In this document: piece by piece, positions 24,491-37,560 of the stretch | How positions within the stretch are numbered: the first letter of the stretch is position 1 | How the letters are laid out: each line of letters begins with the position of its first letter | Notes under the pieces: generated by a model | Database searches by the model: none | Told to the model about the DNA's origin: nothing | Seen by the model: only the letters and a program-made list of their open reading frames with translations | Position numbers and translations under genes: made by a program | Source: Octopus vulgaris | Taxonomy: Eukaryota | Assembly: GCA_951406725.2 (NCBI GenBank) | Contig: OX597828.1 | Coordinates: 25,048,001-25,112,000, forward strand | DNA: 64,000 nucleotides | Direction: 5' to 3'

Positions 24491-26871
24491 AATATTTATG
24501 CCCACTTAAACATGGGTGCTCTATTAGAACAGAATATACTGCGGTAGTTACAATGAGAGAAACCATTAGCTTTTTGGTGCAAAATGCACTCATGTTTATC
24601 ACTAGCGGGAAGAAAAATCCAATATGAGGGTTTCTTTCAGGGTAACAACCACAGTATAATTTGCTTTGACAGAACATCCACGTTTAAATGTGTGGATAAA
24701 TTTTACTTGTCGGTATTAATACCGCCTCTGTCCCCTAAAATTGGTTTCTCTCTTGCTAAACGTAAACATTATCAAGTGGTTAACAGTATAAATACTGGTG
24801 CAAAGATATACATATACGCATAATGGGTTTCCAATTTCCATCAACCAAATTCACTCGGGTGGCGTTGGTCGATCCGGGGTTACAAGTAGAAGACACTTGC
24901 CCAAGGTACCACGCAGGGGCACTGAACTCGAAGACATGGTGACAAGACGAACCCCGTAACCACAGCAATGCCTTCGCTTGTCTGAATAGTGAATTAAATC
25001 GTAGATACGATAGACAACACTATATGAAGTTATTTTACCCTCGTCCGAATATCATTGAAAAGTGAAGTATGTTTTTAATTAAGCTAATTAAATTAAGAGT
25101 AAAAAAAAATGAATACTTTTCCTGATGTTAACTTGGTAATTAAATTCTAGAGAACAGTTTGAAATTACAGTACATTTCGCCATATCTATGCTAGTCGTTC
25201 ACAAACAGAGCGCCCGCTGTATTACTGCATCGCATGGGAGATTTAAGTACATCGCAAATTGCATAAGTTATTTAAATTAGAAAAATCTATACGTGAGCGT
25301 CTTAAAAATATATTCATAATTTTATAATAAATGGTAAGCAATCATTTTCTATTTTTAAAATGGATTTCGAACTTTTTAATTCCCCCCCCCCCCGAATTAC
25401 GCTAGAAATTTTTGCGTGCTATCCAGCTTTTTGATATCCAAAGTCGAAAATATTGAGAACCACGGAGTATGTGGGTGGCGTGGGGTATAGCTCAGAACGT
25501 TACATTTGATGGATTAACAATTAAATGTAAACAAAATCCCTATGGTCTTTCAAAAAAAAACTTTGAACTTCTAAAACTAAGTACTACATGTGACATTGTG
25601 TAAGTATCGTCAGGGCGCTGTTGCCAAGTTCAATTAAGTAAAAGAAAAGCCAGCTAACACTTTACATATATAAAGAAAACATCTGGAAATTTGTACTGAT
25701 AAATCGGCTTCGCTTCATAACTACATGGTTTCCAGTTCGATCCTACCGCGTGGAACCTTGACAATCGTTTTCTACCTTAGCTTTAAGTTGATCAAAGTTT
25801 TGCAAATAGGTTTTTTTGTGGACTGAAATTCATGCAGAAGTCCGATGACAGGTTGGTCACTAATGGAATGCTTTGGATCAATGGGGCAATGGCGATGTGT
25901 TGTATTTAAAGACTACATTGAATTAAATAACAGGAGATTTATGAATATTACGTATACAGAAAAGTCACAACTTAAGGTTGCTTAGTCAAAACTTTCGCTT
26001 CACTATCACGAAACCCGGGTTCAGTCCCACCACGTGGTGTCTCGGTCAAATGTCTCATAGGATCTGGCTAACCAATGCCTTTTAAGAGAATTTGGTAAAG
26101 GAAAATTGCATGGAAGCTCGTCGAGTGTGTATGCACTTGTCCGCCACAGTTGGACAATCGATATTAGTTTGTTTACGTCCTGCTAACTTAGTTTAGCAAG
26201 AGAAAGGGTTCCAGACTTTGAAAGTAGTAAGGTCAATTTGTTCGAATGAAATGTTCAAGGCGGTGCCCCAGCATGACCGCAATCCAGTGACTGAAGCAAG
26301 ATTAGTTCAATAGTTTTAAAATTTAAGAACTTTAGAATGTTCTATAATTTTTTAAAGCAAAATTTGATTTCTTCCAGAAGATTGCACTGAAGGGCCTCAA
26401 AGGTCAGCTCACGCAGAACTGACTCGGGGTTAAATATTCTTGATATCAGGACTGCTAGATCAATTTCATAAAGTTTGAAATTACCGGTTGCATTAGCAAG
26501 TACACAAACACGTTTAGTGTTGACTGTTAGACGGAAGTACTCAATACCACAGGAGCTATTAATTTCATTTTGATCGATTTAGTCTCTTGCTCCTTTGGAG
26601 GTTCACTTATGTGCAAGCAGGCGAAACTCCGCAATTAACAATAATGGAGGCGATGGATCGGTGTTATACATAGATTCAAATTCATTCAGCTGATTTACGC
26701 ATCTCAATCTGGAAACCCGAGAGTACACACACCCACAGTAACAGCGCCAATCAGTAATTAGGAATAAACGAATTTTATGTTAAGATATTTGACAGCTTTT
26801 AACTTATAATGGCAAATTCACTACTGTTACCGTAGAGAAAAAAAATTCCCTTACAGCAAAATGTGTAAACC

Positions 26872-27117
26872 TATTTATTACCCACAAGGGGCTAAACATA
26901 GAAGGGACAAACAAGGACAGACATAGGTATTAAGTCGATTACATCGACCCCAGTGCGTAACTGGTACTTAATTTATCGACCCCGAAAGGATGAAAGGTAA
27001 AGTCGACCTCGGCGGAATTTGAACTCACAACGTAACGGCAGACGAAATACCGCCAAGCATTACGCCCGATGTGCTAACGTTTCTACCAGCTCTCAGCCTT
27101 AACCAGCTCTCCGCCTT
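26872..27117 (-). mobile_element. SINE family B with 12-bp TSD
   Basis: AATGTGTAAACC on both sides (~26860 and 27118). Confidence 0.85.
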
Positions 27118-27189
27118 AATGTGTAAACCGGAGTCCATATGGCCCCTGATGGTCCATATAAAATTTGAGGGGGCCCACTTAAAATTAAA

Positions 27190-27563
27190 ACAGTTCTATA
27201 TTTAAGAGATGAGGAATTATGTACATTATTTACATTTGACGGATATTTGTCCGCATCTTGTCTGTTGTTAGCACAACATTTTGGCTGATATACCCTCCAG
27301 CCTTCATCAGGTGTCTCGGGAAAATTTCGAACCCGGGTTCTCATTCCTAAGGTATTTTTCGATGTTATTCAGGTCACTGCTTGGAATAGAACTCGGAATC
27401 TTCGGGTTAGTAGCCCGCGCTCTTAACCAAGATTCCAAATTCGATTCCAAGCAGTGACCTGAATAATAACGAAAAATACCTTAGGAATGAGAACCCAGGT
27501 TCGAAATTTCCAAGACATCGGATGAAGTCAGCCGAAATGTGTTAAGATGAGGACAAATATCTA
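27190..27563 (-). mobile_element. tRNA-head + hammerhead fold-back element, copy 2 (degenerate), inside a hAT-like MITE remnant
   Basis: Same sequence and same 3' terminus (ACAGTTCTATATTTAAGAGATGAGG on plus) as 40776-41476; HHR on minus strand 27270-27315; inverted second arm ~27428-27563. Confidence 0.8.
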
Positions 27564-27890
27564 TGAGGGTCCACCAGAAAAGTAATTAAAGGGGTCCATA
27601 GATAAAAAGTAATGGTTGAGAATCCCTGCTCAAGCGGATTCCTAGAGGCGCATTTCTGGCTCTTTAACATTCCTCAATGGGAAATACCGAAGAGATAAAT
27701 TCAGAGCAGATTCAAAGCCGTAGATTTAACTAAAACAATCAACATCAGAGTAAGCAACAAGTTGTCTTCACACCTTTTACCACGATAACTTTTTCTTCAC
27801 AGTAATTGCAGTGAATTTGCCTTTAGAAGTTAAAATGTGAAAAAGGTTTGAACTAACTTAAAGTTAGTATTCTATTCTATTATATATATA

Positions 27891-28170
27891 TCTTTATATA
27901 TAAAAGAGAAGTTGTGTGTGTCTCCTACGATTTAGATTCCTAACTACTCCCACATTTTTCGGTGCAGTTTAACCAAAACCGGGTATCTTATAGTCGCGAT
28001 TCATATCTAGCCCTTCTGGGTATTAGCGCGCGTCTACGATGAGTCTACGATTTAGAAATAAAATTTACCATAATTTTTTCCATTTTAATGCATTTTTTGC
28101 TATAACTCTAAAAAATGCTTATATAGTTATTTCCCTTACAAACCCGAGCAACGCCGGGCGATACTGCTAA
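27891..28170 (+). mobile_element. Non-autonomous Helitron, family H2
   Basis: Starts a|TC, ends with hairpin CCCGAGCAACGCCGGG plus CTAA; second copy at 63022-63410 ends in CTAG. Confidence 0.75.
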
Positions 28171-28292
28171 CACACCCACACCCACACACACACACTCTAT
28201 TGGCTTATTAGTTTGTACAAGATGATCTAGGGAAACAAAACAAGGTTCAGAGTCGAGTTATAAACTGTTGACCACTTGTAACGATAACTTAC

Positions 28293-28859
28293 TGTATGAG
28301 CATTGATAAGACCGTTGTGGATTGTGTCAGTGTTTCCGCCTTCAGTGTCAGAAGCTTTCGTGGTTTCGATGTTATTGCTGGCACTATCAGCGGTTTTTGC
28401 TCTCTTGCCGGCAACATCTGTTGTTTCGTTATCCTTGCCAGCACCAACGGTTTTAGTTCTGTCAGCAGCATTTTTGGTTTCAGTAGATACTTTTTCGGCA
28501 GCTTTTTCTAGAGAAGTCGATAGGTTTTCCCTCTGCGGACCAGACAAGCCGTTTTCTGTAATATGGTCAGCATCGGTCAAAACAAAATCTCTCTGTGTTC
28601 TGATTTGGACTGTCTCATCTTCACTCGATGCATCATCATAGTGAGCAGAGACCGAAGTCAAGAACCGACATCTGTGACATCTGTACACAACACTATTATC
28701 GCCGTCGATTACTCTCAGCAATCTTTTCAAGATGACTTCTGATGTTTTGATGACGTTTTCTAGACGATATAATGCCAGCTTAGCAACTACACTGTCGAAA
28801 AGATAACGACCGAAATTCTTGAACATTTGTTCGACAGAACGGAGGGATTCACACAAGCC
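28293..28859 (-). CDS. G2 large exon (GLCESLRSVEQMFKNFGRYLFDSVVAKLALYRLENVIKTSEVILKRLL...NAHT)
   Basis: 189 open codons, taacag acceptor, gtaagt donor, phase 0->0; upstream exon(s) uncertain. Confidence 0.8.
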
Positions 28860-29209
28860 CTGTTAAATATAAATTAGTAAATATAGAATCAGTTTAACGG
28901 TTTTGCAGGAATTTCAATTTCAGAATATTTGTAAACACTAAAATCAGTGAAAAAAAAAAAAAAAAAACAATCCTTACGTTTATTTTGGATCGCATAGATG
29001 GATAACGGTCTAAATAATACTTAACGATATTTGAACCTGAAAAAAAAAAAAGAAAAATCTTTAATGGCTTATTGTAAATACAAATGGAATTTTATTTTAT
29101 ACTTAAATTTCCTGAAATTACGACTTTATTGCTTAACTCGAACGCTAATCCTCCGTACTGAAACTAACTCAGTTATGGAATTTTTTTTCTACGCACAAAG
29201 GTAATGTGC

Positions 29210-29244
<35 letters not shown>

Positions 29245-29563
29245 GGGGGTAGATATCAGATTCCGAAATATCGGCCAAATCTGAAAGTATGTGAAAGTAT
29301 TGTGCATTTCTAAATATGGGGATTGTCACATTTGGAAAGGTTCTGGTCATACGTTGTTAAACCTTAGGTCTATCAGGTTCTAGATATGCTTTAACAATAG
29401 TGTAAAGCATTTGAAAATTTCTTTGTTCCATTATAAATCCTGAAATACTCTGAGCTATCAGCCCGATACCGGTTCTTAACTGATGCCTTGTCGATCCATA
29501 TAAGAACGAAATGCAAAATCCGCTTCGATGCAATTTGAATCGAGAACTTTAGCCAACCGTATT

Positions 29564-29958
29564 CTTTTCTACTCTAGGCACAAGACCAGAAATTGAGGGA
29601 TGGGGCTAGTTGATTACATCGACCTCAGTGTTTCACGGGTACTTAATTTATCGACCCCGAAAGGATGAAAGGCAAAGTCGACCTCGGCGGAATTTGAACT
29701 CAGAACGTAGCGACAGACGAAATACTTATTTCTTTACTACCCACAAGGGGCTAAACACAGAGGGAACAAACAAGGACAGACAAACGGATTAAGTCGATTA
29801 TATCGGCCCCAGTGCGTAACTGGTACTTAATTTATCGACCCCGAAAGGATGAAAGGCAAAGTCGACCTCGGCGCAATTTGAACTCAGAACGTAGCGGCAG
29901 ACGAAATACGGCTACGCATTTCGCCCGGCGTGCTAACGTTTCTGCCAGCTCGCCGCCT
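29564..29958 (-). mobile_element. SINE family B tandem/nested dimer
   Basis: Two central domains in tandem; flanked by ttag(c/t)caacc(g/a)tatt. Confidence 0.8.
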
Positions 29959-31637
29959 TTTTTTTTAGTCAACCATATTGATAACATATGTAACAAATGA
30001 AAGAAGCAAAACACCACCACTAACACCTAACAACTCTTGAAGGTCTTCACAGCGAAGTTCTGCGTTTCAAATCTCTGGATTGAACACCCAGTCTGGAGCT
30101 AACTTCCATATTCCTCAAAATGTTTGAAAAGGAATTTGTTCCGCCTTCCTAGTTACGTCATTGACAAAGAAAAAGGAAAATTAAAAGACATGTGGTCTTG
30201 TAATGTGGTCAAGGTATGAAACTCGAAGAAATATTCCCCGGACATGCTTCACTCAGGTTTAGTGATCAGTGGACATACTTCGATGTCATTTGAACCAAAA
30301 TCCCTATCTCAGGATAATATAGGCTCTATATGAAGTATCATCCCAGATAAGGTTTTATTATTGTTACCGAGGGTTAAGAAATTAAAGTTTCATTCAAATA
30401 TTGCGAATAATTTAATCAACGGATACGCAGGTTTCTCTAAGCAAGAGGCAAGCCTCTGGAGAGGCTTGTAAAAGGAAACAAAATTTAGCAAAAGGGTCAC
30501 GCATTAGTGCCTAAGTAATACATAAAATTTACTAAAAAATTCTTTCACAAACGGCAATTCTACCCAATTCCTTAACCCCTACACCATAAAGTATTAATAG
30601 TTATTCTGAACGTTTGCCAATCAGAGTTTACAGCATATTGTAAGACGGGTGTAAAATAGTAACAATTTACTTAGAGGAGCGGGAGATTGGCAGCAGAAGA
30701 AATTAAACTGCTATATCTTCGTACCACCCAACAACAAAAAAAATCAGAAATCTTTTCGGATTTTGGTATGGAGGACATTTAGTAATGATTCTTGTAGGAA
30801 TAAAATATGAAGAAAGGATAAAAAAGAAAAAGTGATAAATATAAAGCAAAAATAAAGGCAAATAAAAATTGATAATTACAGATAAACAGCGGGAAGTCGA
30901 TAAAGATACAGTAAATTATTCGGATAAACTCTTGCAAAGCGATTAAAAAATGATGAAATAGTTGGTAGCCGTGTAGTAAAATCTGCCTTAAACGAGGTGA
31001 AACCTTTTCGCCATCGACATCCAGGAACAGTTCTAAAGGCGCCATATTGCTTTAGCAGGCACCCGACTTCTCGATTTCTTATCTGCAAGATATCCACACA
31101 CCGTCAAAAATATTAGTCCTCTGAATAATCTTTGGTTACATTTAATAACGATTCCAATATCCAGTGGAATTATAGCGAAATTTCGTGCTTTCTTCAGAGG
31201 AAAAATCTACTTTCATGAGACAGGGGTGTAAAGGTCGTTTCCACTCTCTTTTCCTTTGGAATACCCGGGCACGCAAGTATGTGTGTGTGTGGGGGGGTGT
31301 AAGACTAAATGGAAGTAAAATATTACATTTAATGCAGTCAAAAGTTCGAAATCCGATTAATTCAAAGTCAAATGTAATTGCATACACGCGCAACGTGTGT
31401 GTGTGTGTATGTGTGTGCATGTGCGTGTGTGTCCGCGAGCGAGCGATTTTTCTTTCATTTCTTTCAGTTTCGGACTATGGCCAGACTGGAGCACCGCTTT
31501 AAAGGATTTACACGATCAAACCGATCCCAGAAATGATTTTATATATATATATTATGACAGCATTAAATATAATATTTTACTTCCATTTAGTCTTACACAC
31601 ACACGCACACACACACACACATACCACACACACATAC

Positions 31638-31726
<89 letters not shown>

Positions 31727-31729
<3 letters not shown>

Positions 31730-32150
31730 AAAATAGTAAAGAGTGAAAAAACGACAGAAGGCTTAAATGTTAAAAAATATATATATTTGCGTCAAAATGT
31801 CTGGAGAATATTGGAAAAAATTTTTTCCCTCCTTAAAATGACATAATTTTATAATTTTTAAAGAAATACCGGTTTCGCAGTTAGCTCTTCAAATTTCTTG
31901 TGACTTAATGTTTATTTTTAATAACGTAATCCTTGTATTTTTGCTACGGAGAGTTCTAAGTAAGGGAAATTTCTTTAAAAATTATAAAATTATGTCATTT
32001 TAAGGAGGGAAAAAAATTTTTCCAATATTCTCCAGACATTTTGACGCAAATATATATATATTTTTTAACATTTAAGCCTTCTGTCGTTTTTTCACTCTTT
32101 ACTATTTTCTTATATATTCACCCACGTGCTTTACCAAACAAACTTTCTTA
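31727..32150. mobile_element. Fold-back putative PLE element in (TA)n; HHR-like motif on minus strand 31861-31899
   Basis: Arms 31727-31868 / 31969-32113; minus strand aagaaat-TTGAAGA-gctaactgc-GAAA-CCGG-TA-tttctt. Confidence 0.7.
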
Positions 32151-32189
<39 letters not shown>

Positions 32190-32861
32190 AATATCTGGTA
32201 TTTGTGTTATCCGTCTCTTTTTCTGGACTGCTAAGCTACGAAGACGTAAACAAACCAACACAGGTTGTCCAGCAGTGAGGGGAACAAACACAAAGACAAT
32301 GTGAGCCCTCTTCTCCGAATAATATTCCCTATATTCTTTCTCTTTTCAAAACTCTGCAATGCCCCTCACGCCACTACTGGTCCATTACTGTGCTTTCCCT
32401 TCTTCCAAATCAATTAAGTGCGCCCTCTTTTCGTAATCTTACAATATTCGACCCCTTTTCTGAGCTCTACAATGTGCACTCCTTTCTCTCAGTTCTATAT
32501 AGTACTTTCCAGTTTTTCCAACCCTATAATTTGTGCTCCAGGCCCACCCTTTCCTCATGTGCCTCATTTCTTTCTCAATGTTACAATGTACGCCCTATAA
32601 TTTACACACTTTTCAGCCAGCCCTATAGTGTACGCCCCTTTAACAATTCCTTTAACAAATTCTTCCAGACATCGCTCTCTTTTCATCAACTGAAAAAAAA
32701 AATACCACTGGGAAGTTCAGTTCAAATTCCGATGAGGTTGACTTTTGCCTTTCATATTTTCGGGGTCGATAAATTAAGTACCAATGAAGCACTGGGGTCG
32801 ATCTAATCGACTAGTCCTCTCCCACCAAATTTCAAGCCTTGTGCCTATAGTAGAAAGGATA

Positions 32862-32903
<42 letters not shown>

Positions 32904-32904
32904 G

Positions 32905-33400
32905 TTATTATTTTTTTTCTTCTTTTTTCAAATTTGCTTCCATTTCTTGCCGAGTGTCTTCCCGACTCCTAGGGCAAAGAAACTCATAGTATACATTGGT
33001 AGGCCATTAAACTAAACTCAATAGTTCGTTCATTTTTTTTTTTTTAAGTTAAATTAAAATACATGGGTAGTAATAGTTCTCACAGCGACAATGCTCTTCT
33101 CAATACGTGTGATGTACCAGTTAAGACAATCTTTTGCACTTCTTGCAGGGATGGTAAGCCTGGGATCATTCTCATATAATTTTCGGTTCCCTTCTTGATC
33201 ATTCCTAGTGCTCCTACGATCACTGGTATTGTAACCGCCTTGAGATGCCACATTTTCTCAATTTCAATGAGCAGATCTTTATATTTTCTGAGCTTGTCAA
33301 ACTCTTTCGCCGAGGTATTATGATCACAGGGGATGCTCATGTCGATCAATAAGCAAACTTTATTGTTTTTGTCTTTCACAATTATTGTTTTTGTCTTTCA
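32905..33400 (-). mobile_element. 5'-truncated R4/Dong-like RLE LINE in (TAA)n
   Basis: CLLIDMSIP..KEFDKLRKYKDLLIEIEKMW..IPVIVGALG..QKIVLTGTSHVLRRAL, an RLE C-terminus; (TAA)n on both sides. Confidence 0.85.
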
Positions 33401-33424
33401 CAATTATTATTATTATTATTATTA

Positions 33425-33494
<70 letters not shown>

Positions 33495-33495
<1 letters not shown>

Positions 33496-33765
33496 TTCTT
33501 TTGTTTTTTCCTTCTTTCTTCAAATTTTCTTCCGTTTCTCGCCGAGTGTTTTCCGTACACCTAGGGCAGAGAAGCTCATTGTATGCATTCCCAGATTACA
33601 CACGCAATTTCACAGGTAAAATATGTATTTAAAAAATTAATAAATAAATAAATTCATGAATGGATGTTGTTTTCACAGCGATAATGCCCTTTGCAGTACA
33701 TGAGCCGTTCCAGTTAACACGATTTTTTGCACTTTCACAGTACATGAGCCGTTCCATTTAACACT
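33495..33765 (-). mobile_element. Second R4/Dong-like 3' end in the same (TAA)n tract
   Basis: Minus strand KVQKIVLTGTAHVLQRALSL* plus a related 3' UTR. Confidence 0.75.
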
Positions 33766-33791
33766 TATTATTAGTGTTAAATTAGTGGTTA

Positions 33792-33825
<34 letters not shown>

Positions 33826-34315
33826 GCATATCATAAGGCAACAAGCAGACGGAATCGTTAGCAGACCGGAGACAATTCTTAGCGATATTTCGTCTGCCTC
33901 TACATTCTCAGTCCAAATTCCACCGAGGTCAGTTTATCCTTTTATATCCTTTCGGGGCAGGCGGGAGTCGATAAAATAAGTACCAGTTGAGCAGTGGGGG
34001 TCGATATGATCGACTAGCCCCTTCCCCAATAAATTTTAGGCCTTGTGCCTATAATAGAAAGGATTATTATGCATATCAGTACTCAGCAAGCTGGTAGAAA
34101 TTGTTACCTCCTGGATAAAACGCTAAGCAACATTTCTTTGGGCTTTACGTTCTGAGTTCAGAACCCTTTACTCAAGAACAAAACGCGTCGCCGGGTCTAG
34201 GAATCAAAACCACAATCTTACGATCATGACTGCAATACCCTGACCCCCTAAGCCATGCTTCGAGTTATATTGATTCCAAAAACAAAAAGGCTAAGTTAGA
34301 TGTATGTTCTTCCAA

Positions 34316-34751
34316 AGGCAGTAAGCTGGCAGAAACGTTAGCAACGCCGGGCGAAATGCTTAGCGGTATTTCGTCTGTCGTTACGTTCTGAGTTCAAATT
34401 CCGCCGTGGTCAACTTTGCCTGTCATCCTTTCGGGGTCGATAAATTAAGTACCAGTGAAACATTGAGGTCGATATAATCAACTTAATCCCTTTGCCTGTC
34501 CTTGTTTGTCTCCTCTGTGTTTAGCCCCTTGTCGGCAATAAAGAAATAAGAAACGTAAGCACGTCGGGCGAAATGTTAGCAGTATTTCATCTGTATTTAG
34601 GTGGTTCTGAGTTCAAATTCCGCCGAGATCGACTTTGCTTTTTATCCTTTCGGGGTCGATAAATTAATTACCAGTGGTGTACTGGGGTCCATCTAATCGA
34701 CTGGATCCCTTCCCCAAAATTTCAGGCCTTGTTCCTAGAGTAGAAAAGATC
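34316..34751 (+). mobile_element. SINE family B dimer with 13-bp TSD
   Basis: TATGTTCTTCCAA at 34303 and 34752. Confidence 0.85.
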
Positions 34752-36013
34752 TATGTTCTTCCAATTATTTCTAGCCCCAATTCTAAGCCTGTTTCATCCA
34801 CTTCTGTCATCTTCATTCATATAAACAGTTCAGAGTAAACTGCCTTTGAGTGAACTTTTCAGGTAATCAACATTTAGGTTGACTTAAAATGAGGTCGCAT
34901 TTTCCCATGCCCTTGTCTTTAGTTATCTAATAAGTAATACTGAAATATTCTTTTCTTTTCTACTATAGGCACAAGGGCCGGAATTTTTGAGGAGGGGGTC
35001 AGTCGATTAGATCGACCCCAGTACGCAACTGGTACTTAATTTAACGACCACGAAAGGATGAAAGGCAAAATCGACCTCGGTGGAATTTGAATTCAGCATT
35101 TCGCTCGGCGTGCTAACGTTTCTGCCAGTGGATTGAATTGAAAAGACAGTTAAGATTTCCAAGACGTTTTACACCTTAAATATTTTAACTGAAATCGATG
35201 CATAAACGGATATCCTTCTTTTTTCTTTTTGTTTGTTCATACGTAGAATGTTACGAAATGGATTACGCCGATATGTATTATATAAAACGTGTTCGGTCTA
35301 AATTCGACGATGTCTTCTCTTTTTCTCTAGGAGCAGCTTGATGTATTAGTGAACAGTCAACGGCGTTGAATAGCATAAAATTAAAGTTGTAATATAAAAA
35401 AAGTTAGCTGACGCGGAGGACTGGTGGCCATCTAAATATTAGAAAAGAGGATTTGCTTCGGGTATCAAACTGCCGACATCAGGACTGCTGTTCAATGCTC
35501 TATGGACTTTGTAAAATTTGTAAGAGATGACGTGGACAGCTGCAACGGAGACTACCAACCTGTAGCCAGCAGAGAGGGACATAGCGGGAGTTCTGGCCGC
35601 ACCCGGACGTCAGGATTCATCAGAGAACTGATGAACAGAGCCTTGGGTTCAATTCAGACAGCTACGTGAAGCTACTGGAAACTGTGGTCAAGCTCTGACT
35701 GGAGAGGGTTGCTGTTGGAGACCGAATATTGAATTTGACTCCTCACAGAAAGATATGAATTCTAACAGCTATTAATGTAACGACGATAATGGGACAGAAA
35801 AAAGCGGAGAGCTGGCAGAATCGTTAGCACGCCGGGCAAAATGCTTAGCTGCATTTCGTGTCTTTATGTTCTGAGTTCAAATCCCACCGCAGTTGAATTT
35901 GCCTTTCATCCTTTAGGGGTCAATAAAATACGTATCAATTGAGCACTGAGATCGATATCATCGACTTACCCACTCCCTTAAAATTGCTGGCCTTGCGCCA
36001 AAATTTGAAATCA

Positions 36014-36460
36014 TCTATTATATAAAACCCGTTCTGTCTGTCTGTGTGTGTGTGTCTTCTAGGATCTCGGGCATCCTCCATCCGATTGCGCTCAAATTTG
36101 ATATGTAGATACTGACGGTATCAGGGCATGTATAAGTCTTGAAAAAATAACAAAAATCGATTCCAGGTGAGAATGCAATCGATAAAGCCGTTCTCCCAGT
36201 CAACAGCCTTATCATTACAGGTACTTTAAACTCTTCGGTTGCATATTTGTGTGAATAAAATCGTTTTTCTTTGGAATAGAAAAAAGTCTATCTTTATTTC
36301 TCCTTTTGCTGGTGTCTCAAATTTAGGTTAAATCAGTGTTTCTCAAAGGGGAGACCTATGGGACGGTCGGACAAGTTGTTTTGAGAAAATTTGGTTTAAA
36401 TGTTTGACAACTCAGCGCCGTCCATTGGACGGGGGTGGGGCGTTTTTCTCGTTAATAATA
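36014..36460 (+). mobile_element. Non-autonomous Helitron-like element, family H1
   Basis: Starts a|TCTATTATATAAAA; homologous to 1590-1992. Confidence 0.6.
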
Positions 36461-36933
36461 TAGAAAAGTAATCTTTTGTATGCTCCACTCTCTTATTTGT
36501 GAGGATTGAATAGTCATTCCTAGGATTTTTAGCTATTTTTCCAGGTTGAGCTAATACAAAAGACTAACCAAATTCTCTTCTCTCACTCTCTCTCTCATCA
36601 GTAACTTTACAGTTCGAACTTTCAGGATTTATACCATTCTATGAAGAACCAATATGAAATTTCCACCTCCTGGTTCTCGTTTTTCTACGAAAAGTATGAA
36701 AATTTTAAACTTATTTTTTTATTACTACATCATAAATGCTTTGGTGCCATTGTGACTATCAGTTCATCTTTTATTTTATTATGCTTTCATTAGCTCGAAC
36801 CGTACATTGCCTGTAGCCAATTATTACTTGTACCAATTCCGTATCCCTTTATTCAACTTTGGAATTAGATACTTGGCCGAACCTGAGCTCTTATGGCCCG
36901 TATGTTATATACCACTTTCTGACATCTTCTTAC

Positions 36934-36974
<41 letters not shown>

Positions 36975-37208
36975 GTGTGTTTTGGATTTTTATTCGTATT
37001 TTTAGAATACCGTGAGATAAATGGCAACTGTCAGCTTATCGAAATTTCCTTTGTAATCAATATAGGACGAAGTGTGTAACTTACGATGTTAATGAACTCG
37101 TTTTATCGTATATTGTCCGTCTTTTGTTATCTATTCTAGCTGTATGCATGCTCCAAGCTTACTAACTTGGATCCTTATCTATTACTATTACTGTATAATA
37201 TATATGTA

Positions 37209-37560
37209 GAGGCGCAATGGCCCAGTGGTTAGGGCAGCGGACTCGCGGTCATAGGATCGCGGTTTCGATTCCCAGATCGGGCGTTGTGAGTGTTTATTGA
37301 GCGAAAACACCTAAAGCTTCACGAGGCTCCGGCAGGGATGGTGGTGATCCCTGCTGTACTCTTTCACCACAACTTTCTCTCACTCTTACTTCTTGTTTCT
37401 GTTGTATCTGTATTTCAAGGGGCCGGCCTTGTCACTCTCTGTGTCGCGCTGAATATCCCCGAGAACTACGTTAAGGGTACACGTTAATTTCACGAGCAGG
37501 CTGTTCCGTTGATTCGGATCAACCGGAACCCTCATCGTCGTAACCGACGGAGTACTTCCA
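37209..37560 (+). mobile_element. tRNA-derived SINE family C
   Basis: A box TGGCCCAGTGG, B-box-like GGTTTCGATTCC; relatives at 54911-55222, 47065-47352(-), 48788-49035. Confidence 0.8.

Noticed and set aside
30020-30150. Candidate G2 upstream exon
   Set aside because: All three minus-strand frames hit stops between plausible splice sites.
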